A stretch of DNA of 63,462 nucleotides, filler included, from Nemertoderma westbladi (Eukaryota > Animalia > Xenacoelomorpha), in assembly GCA_032718475.1 (NCBI GenBank). It is 4 parts of 4 records of this genome, joined end to end, with 100 filler letters (N's around TTAATTAATTAA, not from the genome) between each part and the next. Parts side by side here need not be neighbours in the genome. Positions count along the whole stretch, not along the records: positions 1 to 28,448 come from JAUCBJ010005293.1; positions 28,549 to 50,854 come from JAUCBJ010003224.1; 2 more parts are not named here. One strand, written 5' to 3'. Positions 24,258 through 36,785 of the stretch are shown here, in pieces. The translations under genes were made by a program, and so were the position numbers. Every line of letters begins with the position of its first letter. Position 1 is the stretch's first letter. A model generated the notes under the pieces. The model was not told where the DNA came from and made no database searches. It worked only from the letters and a program-made list of their open reading frames with translations.

Positions 24258-24843
24258 GATGCCGGGCAGGTCCTGACGGTGAAAACAATTTCCTCTAAAT
24301 CGGAGGTGGCTTTGTTCTAGTGTCAAGCTTGGGGGAACCAATGAGACACCTCCAATGTTATAGTGTGTCTGGGTGGAGATGTGTGCATTGTACAGTACTT
24401 GACACAGTGAACCCGGCGTGAGGATACCAAATCTCTGGATGGCACATTCACAAGAATGCTACGCCGGGTTCATTGTGTCAAGTACAATGCACACATCTCC
24501 AACCAGACACTATATAACATTGGAGGTGTCTCATTGGTCCCCCCAACCTTGACACTAGAACAAAATCGCCTCCGCTTTTGCTTTCGCCGTGAGGACCAGC
24601 CAGTGCATAATCTTGTACTTTGGCAGCCTCATGGAGTGAATAAGCATGGTGGACAGCCCACGACTTTCTTGAGACGCATCTTAAAGGACACTGGCCTTGA
24701 AGAATGCGGATGATCTAGCAAATGTCATGGGTGATGGGGAGTTGTATCTGGCGCAAATTTGTCGACAAGCCGGCATAGCGTTCTTAAAAATGCAGCTGCA
24801 ATGCAGCATGCCGATCCTAGTAGTAGTAGCAGTAGTAGTAGCA
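24258..24843 (+). mobile_element. RTE LINE 3' fragment preceded by an inverted, more diverged copy of itself
   Basis: 24420-24843 matches the end of the 25195-26136 copy and ends in (TAG)n; ~24258-24419 is the reverse complement of ~24461-24607. Confidence 0.8.
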
Positions 24844-25194
24844 CTAATATTGAGTTAAGTGATTTAGAAAATGTTGGCATTTGGGTGTGACTCTACTACT
24901 ACTACTATCGGCATGCTGTATTGCAGCTGTATTATATATATATATATCATATATATAATTTGTATGTGTAAATAATTTATTATGCAGGTTAGATATAGAT
25001 ATAGTAGTACACTATTTGGTCATTATTCTCACTTGGGTTCATTCTTATTTTGGTTGCATGTATTTTATTTATTCTTTAGTGGTATCAGTTTTTGGGTTTC
25101 ATCTATTTACTACCAGTCTGATTTGTTTTATTTCTTTATTTCAATATTTGGTTTCATTTCCTGTATTATATTGGTCAATTGGTACTGTGCTGTA

Positions 25195-26136
25195 GGTTGA
25201 CTATGTTCTACGCATGTCCTTAGATCATCATAATGATGATGGGGTGATGATAACTCCACCTACTGGCTCCAGAAGTAGAGGAAATCCTGCCAAGTACCTA
25301 ACTGATCTAGACTTTGCTGATGACTTAGGAGTACTCTCAGAATCATTAGAGGGAGCCCAACGGCTCCTCAGCTCATTAGAACATGCTGCTTCTAGTGTTG
25401 GTCTTTTTATTAACTCCAGAAAGACCAAAATTCTGACAGTAACCTTTGAAAGTCCTCAGCAAGTCTCTGATCGGATGAGCATAAGCTCAATGGATGGTAT
25501 GCTTGAGCATGTGGACGACTTCTGTTACCTGGGATCATGGATCCGGAAGTCAGGTGAGGACCTTCGAATACGTAAGGGAAAGGCATGGGCAGCCTTGAAT
25601 AGGCTTTCCAGGATTTGGAAGTCACCGAGAATTAATCGAAAACTTAAGGTCCGATTATTTAGAGCAGCAGTAGTTCCAGTACTCCTCTACGGGAGTCCAT
25701 GCTGGGCTCTAACTGCTGAGGACACCAAATCTCTGGATGGCACATTCACAAGAATGCTACGCCGGGTTCATTGTGTCAAGTACAATGCACACATCTCCAA
25801 CCAGGCACTATATAACATTGGAGGTGTCTCATTGGTTCCCCCAAGCTTGACACTAGAACAAAATCGCCTCCGCTTTGCAGGACATTGCTTTCGCCGTGAG
25901 GACCAGCCAGTTCATAATCTTGTACTTTGGCAGCCTCATGGAGTGAATAAGCATGGTGGACAGCCCATGACTTTCTTGAGACGCATCTTAAAGGACACTG
26001 GCCTTAAAGATGCGGATGATCTAGCAAATGTCATGGGTGATAGGGAGTTGTGGCGGTGCAATTCTGTTGACAAGCCGGCACAGCATTCTTAAAAATGCAG
26101 CTGCAATGCAGCATGCCGATCCTAGTAGTAGTAGTA
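25195..26136 (+). mobile_element. 5'-truncated RTE-clade LINE
   Basis: LDFADD, FCYLGS, VPVLLYGS, RLRFAGH; (TAG)n tail; 13-bp TSD GTACTGTGCTGTA (25182-25194, 26137-26149). Confidence 0.92.
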
Positions 26137-26336
26137 GTACTGTGCTGTATTTAGATAGGGTTAGGGACTCACAGTACACTGCTGACGATTGAGCTGTGTT
26201 TCTCTGGGTAGAGTGTTTAAATCCTGAAACCCTTTATTTTTATTAAATTTTGTATGTAGAATTACCCCTTTTGGCGGACTAAAAGTCCTGTATTTTCTAA
26301 TATTATACAGTAGGATAGTTATTCATGCAGTTATTA

Positions 26337-26431
26337 GTGTGGGGCGAGCCACGAAGTTGGCGGAGCCTTAGCGAATTGACACTGTTAGGGGGTGGGTCAA
26401 TTTATGCAAATAGTTGTCGTCGTCGTTGTCG

Positions 26432-26463
<32 letters not shown>

Positions 26464-26868
26464 GTCGTCGTCGTCGTTACGATTTTGACATGCTAATAAC
26501 TTTGTCGGATTTAAAGCTGCCAAGTTGAAAATTTGTAGGTATCAATATGAGCAAAAGTTGAGATTTTTGAGAGACTTTCAGACACCATCAGTGCAATGGT
26601 CTCCCGCTAGAGGGCCACATGTCTAAACATTAAATGCCCTCCCATTTCTTTGCTTTTAATCCGTTTAAGCTGAAACTTGGCAGATATGTATTAGACCATT
26701 AGCTGTGACTTTCAAAGGAGGCGAATCCATCTGCAGTTCTCCAGTCTGCCGCTAGAGGGCCAACGTGACAACGACGACAACTATTTGCATAAATTGACCC
26801 ACCCCCTAACAGTGTCAATTCGCTAAGGCTTCGCCAACTTCGTGCTGCGCGAAGTCCCCACTTCGTGT
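26337..26868 (+). mobile_element. Non-autonomous Helentron-associated (HINE/DINE-like) or foldback element
   Basis: Absent from the duplicate copy at ~28215. Has ~85-bp inverted arms, a (GTC)n microsatellite, two CCGCTAGAGGGCCA cores and a 3' hairpin CGAAGT-cccc-ACTTCG. Confidence 0.65.
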
Positions 26869-26919
26869 TTATTTGTAGGTGGGGTTCATTTTTGATAGGA
26901 GGCTGGTTTCTATATTATT

Positions 26920-27480
26920 AGCAAGGTCGTTAGACTTGATTACTGTAAGAAAAAAAAAGCTACTGACTACTGGCAACTGACCTAGAGCAAAAACGGCTCT
27001 AACGATTTTGATGAAATTTTAGCAAGTCATTAGACTTGATTACTGTAAGAAAAAAAGCTACTGACTACTGGCTAATGCCTACTGTCTACTGCCTACTGGC
27101 TACTGCCTACTGGCTACTATGGCTACTGGCTAATGGCTACTGCCTACTGGCTACTGGCTACTGGCCAATGGCTATTGGCAACTGACTACTGGCTACTGGC
27201 TAATGGCTACTGGCGACTGACTACTGGCTACTGGCTACTGACCTAGAGACAAAAACGGCTCTAACGATTTTAATGAAATTTTAGCAAGTCGTTAGACTTG
27301 ATTACTGTAAGAAAAAAAAGCTACTGACTACTGGCTAATGCGTACTGGCTACTGCCTACTGACTACTGGCTACTGGCTACGGGCTACTGACTACTGACTA
27401 CTGGCTACTGACTACTGGCTAGTGGCTACTGACCTAGAGCAAAAACGGCTCTAACGATTTTGATGAAATTTTGCATGGAC
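26920..27480. repeat. Composite tandem repeat with (CTACTGG)n-type minisatellite, Helitron-like non-autonomous element
   Basis: Three units AGCAAGTCGTTAGACTTG...AAAACGGCTCTAACGATTTTGATGAAATTT with a variable-length heptamer array inside. Confidence 0.6.
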
Positions 27481-27824
27481 CATGAAAATAGATTTCTATG
27501 GGTACTTGTGAAATCGCGGTTTAAATTGAAACATCTCAACTTGTTTTATTTCGAAAAAATAGCTCCAAAACACGAAAATTTCCATAGGCGCAATGATAAA
27601 AACCCAGCTGGCACTCATGAAAAATGTATAGAGATGGCCTGGTAATGCATTCAATAGGAAGGACCAACTAACAAAGAAGTACTTTCTGTGCCACTAGTAT
27701 TATCACTCTACTCTACAACCCAGACAGTAAGCAAACATTAACTGGTTTAGCTGGCGATTACGGTCTCAGCTGAATAACTCTTCCCAATGCATCCTTGCTA
27801 TATTCAGGTGGGGGGGGGGGGGGG

Positions 27825-28448
27825 GATATAGATATAGTAGTACACTATTTGGTCATTATTCTCACTTGGGTTCATTCTTATTTTGGTTGCATGTATTTTA
27901 TTTATTCTTTAGTGGTATCAGTTTTTGGGTTTCATCTATTTACTACCAGTCTGATTTGTTTTATTTCTTTATTTTAATATTTGGTTTCATTTCCTGTATT
28001 ATATTGGTCAATTGGTACTGTGCTGTATTTAGATAGGGTTAGGGACTCACAGTACACTGCTGACGATTGAGCTGTGTTTCTCTGGGTAGAATGTTTAAAT
28101 CCTGAAACCCTTTATTTTTATTAAATTTTGTATGTAGAATTACCCCTTTCGGTGGACTAAAAGTCCTGTATTTTCTAATATTATACAGTAGGATAGTTAT
28201 TCATGCAGTTATTAGTGTTTATTTGTAGGTGGGGTTCATTTTTGATAGGAGGCTGGTTTCTATATTATTAGCAAGGTCGTTAGACTTGATTACTGTAAGA
28301 AAAAAAAAGCTACTGACTACTGGCAACTGACCTAGAGCAAAAACGGCTCTAACGATTTTGATGAAATTTTAGCAAGTCGTTAGACTTGATTACTGTAAGA
28401 AAAAAAGCTACTGACTACTGGCTAATGCCTACTGTCTACTGCCTAATG
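27825..28448 (+). repeat. Second copy of the local duplication starting at 24992
   Basis: Near-identical to 24992-27090 once the RTE and HINE-like insertions are removed; ends at an assembly gap. Confidence 0.9.
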
Positions 28449-28548
28449 NNNNNNNNNNNNNNNNNNNNNNNNNNNNNNNNNNNNNNNNNNNNTTAATTAA
28501 TTAANNNNNNNNNNNNNNNNNNNNNNNNNNNNNNNNNNNNNNNNNNNN
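28449..28548. other. Assembly gap with TTAATTAATTAA linker
   Basis: N-run / TTAATTAATTAA / N-run, identical at all three gaps. Confidence 0.98.
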
Positions 28549-30662
28549 GGACAGTCAGCTAGTAGGCCTATGATAGCTGGATAGTACAGTACAGTAGTAC
28601 GGTGTCAGTCAGTTATTATCACATTTTATATTAAATATTAAATATGACTGTATGAAGATGCAGTGCTGGAGTGTCATTGTGATATGAGGCGGGAGAGGGT
28701 GGTTTACAACACAATGACATTAATACTGTAATATAATACTGCAGTACCGGTCAGCCGGTACTGTAAATTCTATTATATCAGTATATTGAATATTGAATAT
28801 TGTTCGGTGTGTGGAGACAACAGAAGAGTCCAGCTGTCATTCGTACCCTCTATAACCTGACAGCCTGATGCTGTGCTGCTGTGGTAGCAGCAAATTACTG
28901 ACAGACTGAATTAATAAATAACACATACACCTGTACACTGATACAAGTACCGGTACATAAGTACTAGGCCTACTGTCTGTCTGTATAAACAGACAACAGT
29001 ACTGAGTACATAAATTACTACTGCTGTACTGTATTATTACTGTATTACCGGTACTACAGTACCTACTGACCTACTACAGTACTAGGCCAGGCCTATTTAC
29101 TTCAGTGCTCTTGCAGTGGTCAGGTGGTAGGCCTATTGTCTGATTGTACCGGTACCGGTAGTATTAATTGGTATGTAATACAAATGTATTGATATGGTTA
29201 TGGTGATCAGTTTTACCCAGCCTGCCAGCCAACACTGCAACACACCTCGAACCTGCTACCTGCATGGGCCATGGACGGTACATCTGAATTATAAATTACG
29301 TTGCAGTATTGCGAACCTATTAACTGCCATTGCATCACAGGAGGCTTAACGGTACGGAAGGATTACTATATTGTCAGATTGTAGGTATGGTACCGGTACC
29401 GGTAGAAAGTTTGTCAAACTCTCTGCTTTCAGTTCTATATGCCGCCGTCAAAAAAGTGACAACCTTTAAATAATTGCCATTCAGCTTTTCAGTTCAATAA
29501 ACCAATTTCTTTTAATAGATTACCAGTCCACAGTTTGTCTAAATTTATGACTTTTTGGTAGGTTTGACTTTATGATAGTTGGGTAGACTTGAATAGTCAT
29601 CACCACTGAATACGAAGTTGTTCTTTATATTATTAGAACTGATTATCCTCTAGGTTGAGTAGCTGAACGGGACCTGGAAAATTAGACCGGCTCACATTAC
29701 GGAATCTCCTACAGTACCGGTACTGCAGTACTATTAATTTGGTAAGTTTAGTTAGTAAACAAACTTATAATGACACATCCAGGGCGCAGGGGTCTATAGA
29801 TGTTTCTTGTTAACTGTCACTGTGAGCTCTGTGCTTGGTCTAGGTCTACTTGTCTGTGATTGGGGACGGAAGATCCAGTATTTGCAATTTATTTGAAAAT
29901 AACATTAATTTGAAAAGAGGAGAAGATCACCAAGGCCTCGCAATCCAGTACTAAACCGTGGGCAGTTCCGCGCCATAGGTATAGAACGATTTTCTGACCT
30001 AAACTAATACATAGATTAGTTTGAGGTTTGTTAAGTTAATGTTTGTTATTTGATACCTAATTAATTTTTTATTGGAAATATTTTTCGCCAATAAATTTAA
30101 ATCATTATCTACCACCTTTCCCCGATCAACGCCTTACTCGGGGGGGGGGGGGGGGGGCTTTCCAAACTCTTTTTACTTCTCGAGATATGACTGTCTTGTC
30201 TTGTCCCCTTTTCTTATATTTTTACGGACAGACTGTCGGACAGTCAGATAGACCGACTGACACAGACAGTCACACAATAAACTAGAAATCATTCTAAGTG
30301 GAAACTGACCTCAGAAATGAAATCAGCGACCAGGAAAACCCCCATCGCAAAAATCTGAGCATGGTGTTGTGTTTTCTTGTTGCTAGATATATATTGACAG
30401 ACATTCTTATATATTGCAGTATTGTGATGAATCCTGTTGAGGATTCTCCGTGATATTGAAAAGTAACATAGAATTTATAACAATTTAAATTAACTATTCA
30501 ATTTTTAAAAGTTCGTTTTAGTACCAATCAATTACAAACCAACAATGTACCGGTACCGTATAATGAATGTGTATGTATATTACACGATGAGATTATACGT
30601 CTTGGGGCGAAGCTTATGTTTAGTTAATAACATAATAATGACGCGGTGACATACTGGATATA

Positions 30663-32822
30663 CTTCTACTACTACTAGGATCGGCATGCTGCATTGCAGC
30701 TGCATTTTTAAGAATGCTGTGCCGGCTTGTCGACAAAATTGCACCGCCACAACTCCCTATCACCCATGACATTTGCTAGATCATCCGCATCTTCAAGGCC
30801 AGTGTCCTTTAAGATGCGTCTCAAGAAAGTCATGGGCTGTCCACCGTGCTTATTCACTCCATGAGGCTGCCAAAGTACAAGATTATGCACTGGCTGGTCC
30901 TCACGGCGAAAGCAATGTCCTGCAAAGCGGAGGCGATTTTGTTCTAGTGTCAAGCTTGGGGGAACCAATGAGACACCTCCAATGTTATATAGTGTCTGGT
31001 TGGAGATGTGTGCATTGCACTTGACACAATGAACCCGGCGTAGCATTCTTGTGAATGTGCCATCCAGAGATTTGGTGTCCTCAGCAGTTAGAGCCCAGCA
31101 TGGACTCCCGTAGAGGAGTACTGGAACTACTGCTGCTCTAAATAATCGGACCTTAAGTTTCCGATTAATTCTCGGTGACTTCCAAATCCTGGAAAGCCTA
31201 TTCAAGGCTGCCCATGCCTTTCCCTTACGTATTCGAAGGTCCTCACCTGACTTCCGGATCCATGATCCCAGGTAACAGAAGTCGTCCACATGCTCAAGCA
31301 TACCATCCTTTGATCTTATGCTCATCCGATCAGAGACTTGCTGAGGACTTTCAAAGTTAACTGTCAAAATTTTGGTCTTTTTGGAGTTAATAAAAAGACC
31401 AACACTAGAAGCAGCATGTTCTAATGAGCTGAGGAGCCGTTGGGCTCCCTCTAGTGATTCTGAGAGTACTCCTAAGTCATCAGCAAAGTCTAGATCAGTT
31501 AGGGACTTGGCAGGTTCCAGTACTATTTAACACAAAAAACCAGGGACTGTACCGGCACTGAACTAAGATCAAAAGCTAAAATTCCAATTCTAACAGCATA
31601 TCGGGAATATTTTGGGCTAATATATTATTACAAATACCTATTTCACCTGTCAGAACCATACAAAATCCTTGAATTACCATTTATATCAAATACACATATC
31701 CATCTAAATAAACGCACTATTCAACTAAGACTGCCGAAAACAACCAATATCTATGGCCACAACAGTATGATAGTACAACTAACAAAAATGTGGAATATGT
31801 TACCTTTACCTATCAAAAAATGTTATAACAAACCGACAGAATTCAAAAACAAATTAAAATCCCATTTTCTATCTCGCTACCACCGGGAGGAAGTCACCTA
31901 AAATATTTATTTAAGTTTTTGTTGTGGGGGGGGGGGGGGGGGGGGGGGGCAATGATTGGATTGTGGGTATCTAAATAAATTGTGTATCTAAATTTAAATT
32001 AAGTTGTTACAATACTGTATGTACCTCTACTGTACAGCTCATGCATTATATGCATGTGGTCTTTTAACGCTTATTCAATTATCAGTTGTCGCCTGAGACA
32101 AACTGCCTCGATTGGTGCTTATAACTATCGAGAATGAATAAAAGAATTATTATTATTATTATTATTATTAGGATTTCCTCGAATTCTGGAGCCAGTAGGT
32201 GGAGTTATCATCACCCCATCATCATTATGATGATCTAAGGACATGCGTAGAACATAGTCAACAACAATTATGAACTAGAATGGTGCAAGTGTGTCTCCCT
32301 GGAGGACGCCCCATAACACTTCAAATGGTTCTGTGTCACCGTCAACAGTAGACACAAATGTTGTCGAACCATCGTATACTGATCTGATTGCTGCAATAAT
32401 TTCATCAGGAATCCCATATGATGAAAGTATGCTGAACATACGTGAGCGAGAGATTGAATCAAAGGCCTTGAAGAAGTCAACAAAGATAGCAGCCAGATGC
32501 CTGTCTTTCTTTTTTGATAACTCTTCAATTATCCTTCTAAGTGCCAAAATGGGCTCCATGGTCCCACGACCTTTACGGAACCCATTCTGATTTCCACGGA
32601 GCAGTCTCTCGATGGGATCCCTGATGCGATTTAATAGAATTCTATTGTATAGCTTTGCAGCAATCGAGATCAATGAGATTCCCCGAAAAGAACCATAGAG
32701 TGTTAGGTTGCCCTTCTTGGGAACTGGCACCAACTTATTTGTTTTCATTTCTTGTGGGACTCTTGTTGTTCGGTACATGTCTACTATGATGGGATAGATG
32801 AACTTTAAACACTCAGGTATTT
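30663..32822 (-). mobile_element. 5'-truncated RTE LINE of the same family, split by a nested LINE fragment
   Basis: ORFs 32275-32820 (PKKG, RGISL, QNGFR, FVDFFKAFD, GVLQGD) and 30708-31515; (TAG)n tail; 11-bp TSD TACTGGATATA (30652-30662, 32823-32833). Confidence 0.9.
31516..32170 (+). mobile_element. 3' end of a CR1/L2-group LINE nested in the RTE
   Basis: Encodes KMWNMLPLPIKK...FKNKLKSHFL; AATAAA followed by a (TTA)n tail; the RTE sequence is contiguous across it. Confidence 0.7.
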
Positions 32823-32833
32823 TACTGGATATA

Positions 32834-33296
32834 CACCATGTCCTGGAATATAGTGTCGTTATTCTGGTACATGTCCCCACACTCCCCACCCCCCCCCCCC
32901 CCCCTCCCCCCCAAAAAAATTTTTTTTTCTTCTCCCTCCTCCTTAGTGGGTGAGCGAAAATTTTTATTTTTGCTTTCGTTCTTTAGCTACAAACGTTTGA
33001 AAAAAGTGTCTCCAGCGATATTACACCAGTTACACCGCAGTTATTCTTCAATTTTATAGTGATTTGAAGGTACTAGTGGAAAGCTGGACATGCAAGGATT
33101 CCAAATATGTAATAATATTTGAATTTGGTTGGGAAACAGGTGAGATTGAAAGCAAAAATAAAAATTCTGACTCACCCACTAAGGAGGAGAGAGATTAAAC
33201 TAACTCTGTTTCAAGTTTCATGCAATCTCATTAAGATTTGTAGAAATTTTTTTTTTGGTACAGTACGAGAACCACACTATATTCCAGGACATGGTG
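32834..33296. mobile_element. MITE, Tc1/mariner-type
   Basis: 22-bp perfect TIR CACCATGTCCTGGAATATAGTG and TA flanks; a related longer arm lies at ~34225-34555. Confidence 0.85.
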
Positions 33297-35811
33297 TATT
33301 GGAAATACATAGTAAACATATATCTCGAGAGATAGGCTAAACAGATTTTCCTAAGTTTTGGTGATAATGTTGAAAACATTTGTTTCGAGGTGTGGAACCA
33401 AAAAAAATTACCAAAATTATTGAAAAAAACATGACATTTAATCATATTTTTTATTAAAAAATTTATTTAACCATTTATTTACCGCAAAATATGGTTTAAC
33501 TCCAAAACACCCCACGGAAGTTAGGGAGTTTTTAGTTCAGCGTATTCGCCGTAGTCAATAGTTCACTAGAATACCAAATTTTACTAAATTCCATCGAGTA
33601 ATTCCTGAGAAAAGTGTACCAGTCCAGTACCTAATTATTAAAAAAACTGAAAAATTTTATTTTGAGAAAAAGTTTTAACTAAATTTTCAAAAATTTCAAA
33701 GTTTTAACTAAATTTTCAAAAAATTTACGAATGCTCGTCTGTCAAAAACGAATTAATTATTTCACCGGCGTAAAATTTTCGCATTGCGAGTTTTCTTGGA
33801 CGGTGATTTCATTTTCGTTGTCAATTTTTTAAATTTGAAGTAATCCGTACTGTCTCTCTGCCCGTCTGTCTTTCGGTCTGTCTGTCATAAACCGACCAAG
33901 AAACAACCCATAACGAATAATTTAGGCTAGTGGTATAGTGGTATACTTTCATCGTTTTTTTGACATACAACCTGTCAGACAGACACACAGGGACAGTTGT
34001 AGTGCTAGCTAAACACGCCTCTATTGAAATAGCTATAAAACAAGAATGGGTTGAGATCTCGAAAAACCTTTTTCAGATTTGAAATCTCCCTTTAAGTTTG
34101 GTTTAGAATCGACTATAACTCAAGAATCGTTTTTTTTTACCCTCACGGCGGGCTGGTCCCCTTAAATAGAATAAATGACGTGCAGCGAAAGCAAATACAT
34201 GCAACTTTCGAATGCCCATATCTCAGCTATTTCCCAACCAAATTTAAACATTTTAACATATTTGGAATCCTTGCACGGTCAGCCAGCTTTCCATTGCTAC
34301 CAACAAATGACTTGATTGGTGAATGACTGAAGAATAACTGCATTACGATACGACTGGCGCAATATCGCTGGAGACACTTTTTCAAATGCTTGAAGCGAAA
34401 GATTGAAAGCGAAAATAAAAATTCTGGCCCACCCATTAAGGGGGAGGGAAATTAAACTTTCTGTTTCAATTTTCATGCAATCTCATTAATATTTATAGAA
34501 AAATTTGGGGGGTCCATGTCACCGAATTACGACATATCATTCCTGGATATGGTCTAACGAGAAACAATTATTATTTGAACCAACAATGTAATTTGCCCGT
34601 TAACATGGAAACCAGCATAATGACTACCGATTTCATAAATTTACTTCACTTACTATCTTGTGCGCTCAACATAATTATCTCGAGCGCCCAAGTCAAGATA
34701 CTTTTGATTTTATTGGTTGGCCAGATTTGGCGGGAAGTTCAAATGCATAAGTCTGGTAATGGTTTATGGTGGTCGTGTGTGGTTCCGGTAAAAGTTTTAA
34801 AAACTTTTTTGTAGTTCATAATTATTGTATATTTGAGTCAAATTTGTTTGTAAAACCGATATTTCGTGACTTTTCCTAAAATTTAATGGCGAATCCTACA
34901 GAGCAAACGCCATTTATATGGCTATGTTAGTTTTTGTGCTGTGGTCTCTTTCTGACACCCTTTTCCAGTATATAGAGCTATTTTTTGTGCTAAAATTTTG
35001 AAAAGGTTTTAAGGCTCACTAAAATTAATTTATGTGCGCTATAAAGCGGTTTTTTGGATGCTGATCGCGATTATAGAACTCAAATATAACATCGAGTAAA
35101 TTTTTGGTAATTTTGAATGTGCCCGCTCTGGGGCACTAAAAAAAACAAGTGATGGAAATATGATAATGAAACCACTAAATCAAATTGATTTTATGACCAT
35201 ATGGGTTTTTGGGATGCTGTTTGAGTTGAGTATTGAGTGGTGACGGCACCACACCCCATAGTGGTGGGGCCCCTGTTCATGTGCACATTGGGCAATCCCG
35301 AATCCGCCACTGCATTGTATGGTAATTAAAACAATCCCACATAAAAAGTCGGCCGGTATCGGGAATCATGCCCGATAAATGCAATCCTTCCAGAGGGCTG
35401 GACTGTAGCGCAGCGGACTATATAGCGTAGCGGAACGTAATACCGATCGACTTTTTATGTATGATTGTTATTCCTGCTTGAACAGAATAAATTTTATTTT
35501 GCAAAGATTTTCTTTCTTCCGTATATTTCTGAAATAGCAATGCTTATACTAAACTATACTACGTACTGATGTTGAATATTGATGTCCTAGAACACTTTTT
35601 TTTGTTCTAGAGCATTTTTTGTTCTAGAACAATTGTTTAAAAAAACATAACTTTGTTAAACTAGCTAGTTTTTGCTACTTTTTATTGTCCTAGAACATGT
35701 TAGCTATCAATTTAGGTTCTAGAACACTTTATTTGTTCTAGAACATTTTATTTAAATTTTTTAAACTAGCTAGTTTGTGCTACTTTTTAATGTCGTAGAA
35801 CATGTTAGCTA

Positions 35812-36519
35812 CAGTACTGGCCACCGTAAAACGCAGATTTGCACAAATGTGAACAACTGAACACATTTGATCAAATGTGTACCAGTGTAATGTAATGTTG
35901 TTGAACGGGACAATTGAACATATTTGAATTGGCAACAACCAACATTTTTTCGCCAAAGGATACATTTGAATACTTTTGAAACGCTTAGTAATCTGGAAAC
36001 TCTCTGTAGTTTGCCGCGAACTGTCACTCACTGCAGCTGGAAATGCGATAAGGATTTTGTTTACCTTTATAGTGTGCGGTTAATAGTGTCTAGTAGGCAA
36101 GCCTATAGTTAGTGATGTAAAGGCATCTTATGGTGTTTCTCACTGCCCTCTCGGTGTCAGACTAATGGCGCTACATCTCCCTGCACTAAATTAATTATTC
36201 AATGGTCTAGGCTCCTCCATCCATATACCCATCCACTCCATGAATCTCCATGTGGTCTTGTATGTAGTTCTCTATCTACCAATACAGCCCATGTCCGCAA
36301 TGTTACGCCCTGGGGGCTCTCTCATCTCCCTGATATCAGACATAAAGGCGCACCACACACAGCTTTTGTCGGTTCCAGCAAGTCAGCCTCCTGCTGTGTG
36401 ATATAGAACATAACTCGCCATTGAATTAATGTAATGACCTGCCAATCAGATGACTTGAACAAGTGTGTTCACATGTGATCACATTTGATGAAATCTGCTT
36501 TTCCTGGTGACCTGTACTG
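35812..36519. mobile_element. MITE, Tc1/mariner-type
   Basis: Imperfect TIRs CAGTACTGGCCACC / GGTGACCTGTACTG and TA TSD; the empty site is seen in the neighbouring tandem unit at ~35696-35730. Confidence 0.8.
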
Positions 36520-36785
36520 TATTAATTTAGGTTCTAGAACACTTTATTTGTTCTAGATCATTTGTTTCGAAAAAAATTTAAATTATTGATCAATTGATCG
36601 TTATACAAGCCGTATTAAAAAAATACTGAATTTTTGCAGCAATCTATATTTTGTATAAAAAAAAACTAGCTAGGTGGCCTAGTAAATAATTACTTGCTAG
36701 GCTGACTATTTAATAAAAATTACTAGCTACCATGATTCATAAATTATTCGAGACAAATTGAATGTGGATTAAATTATAAAAAGTA

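Noticed and set aside
26325-26528. Poly-Arg protamine-like ORF
   Set aside because: Translation of a (GTC)n microsatellite inside a mobile element.
28493-28504. TTAATTAATTAA motif repeated at three places
   Set aside because: It is centred in identical N-runs, so it is an artificial scaffolding linker with stops in all frames.
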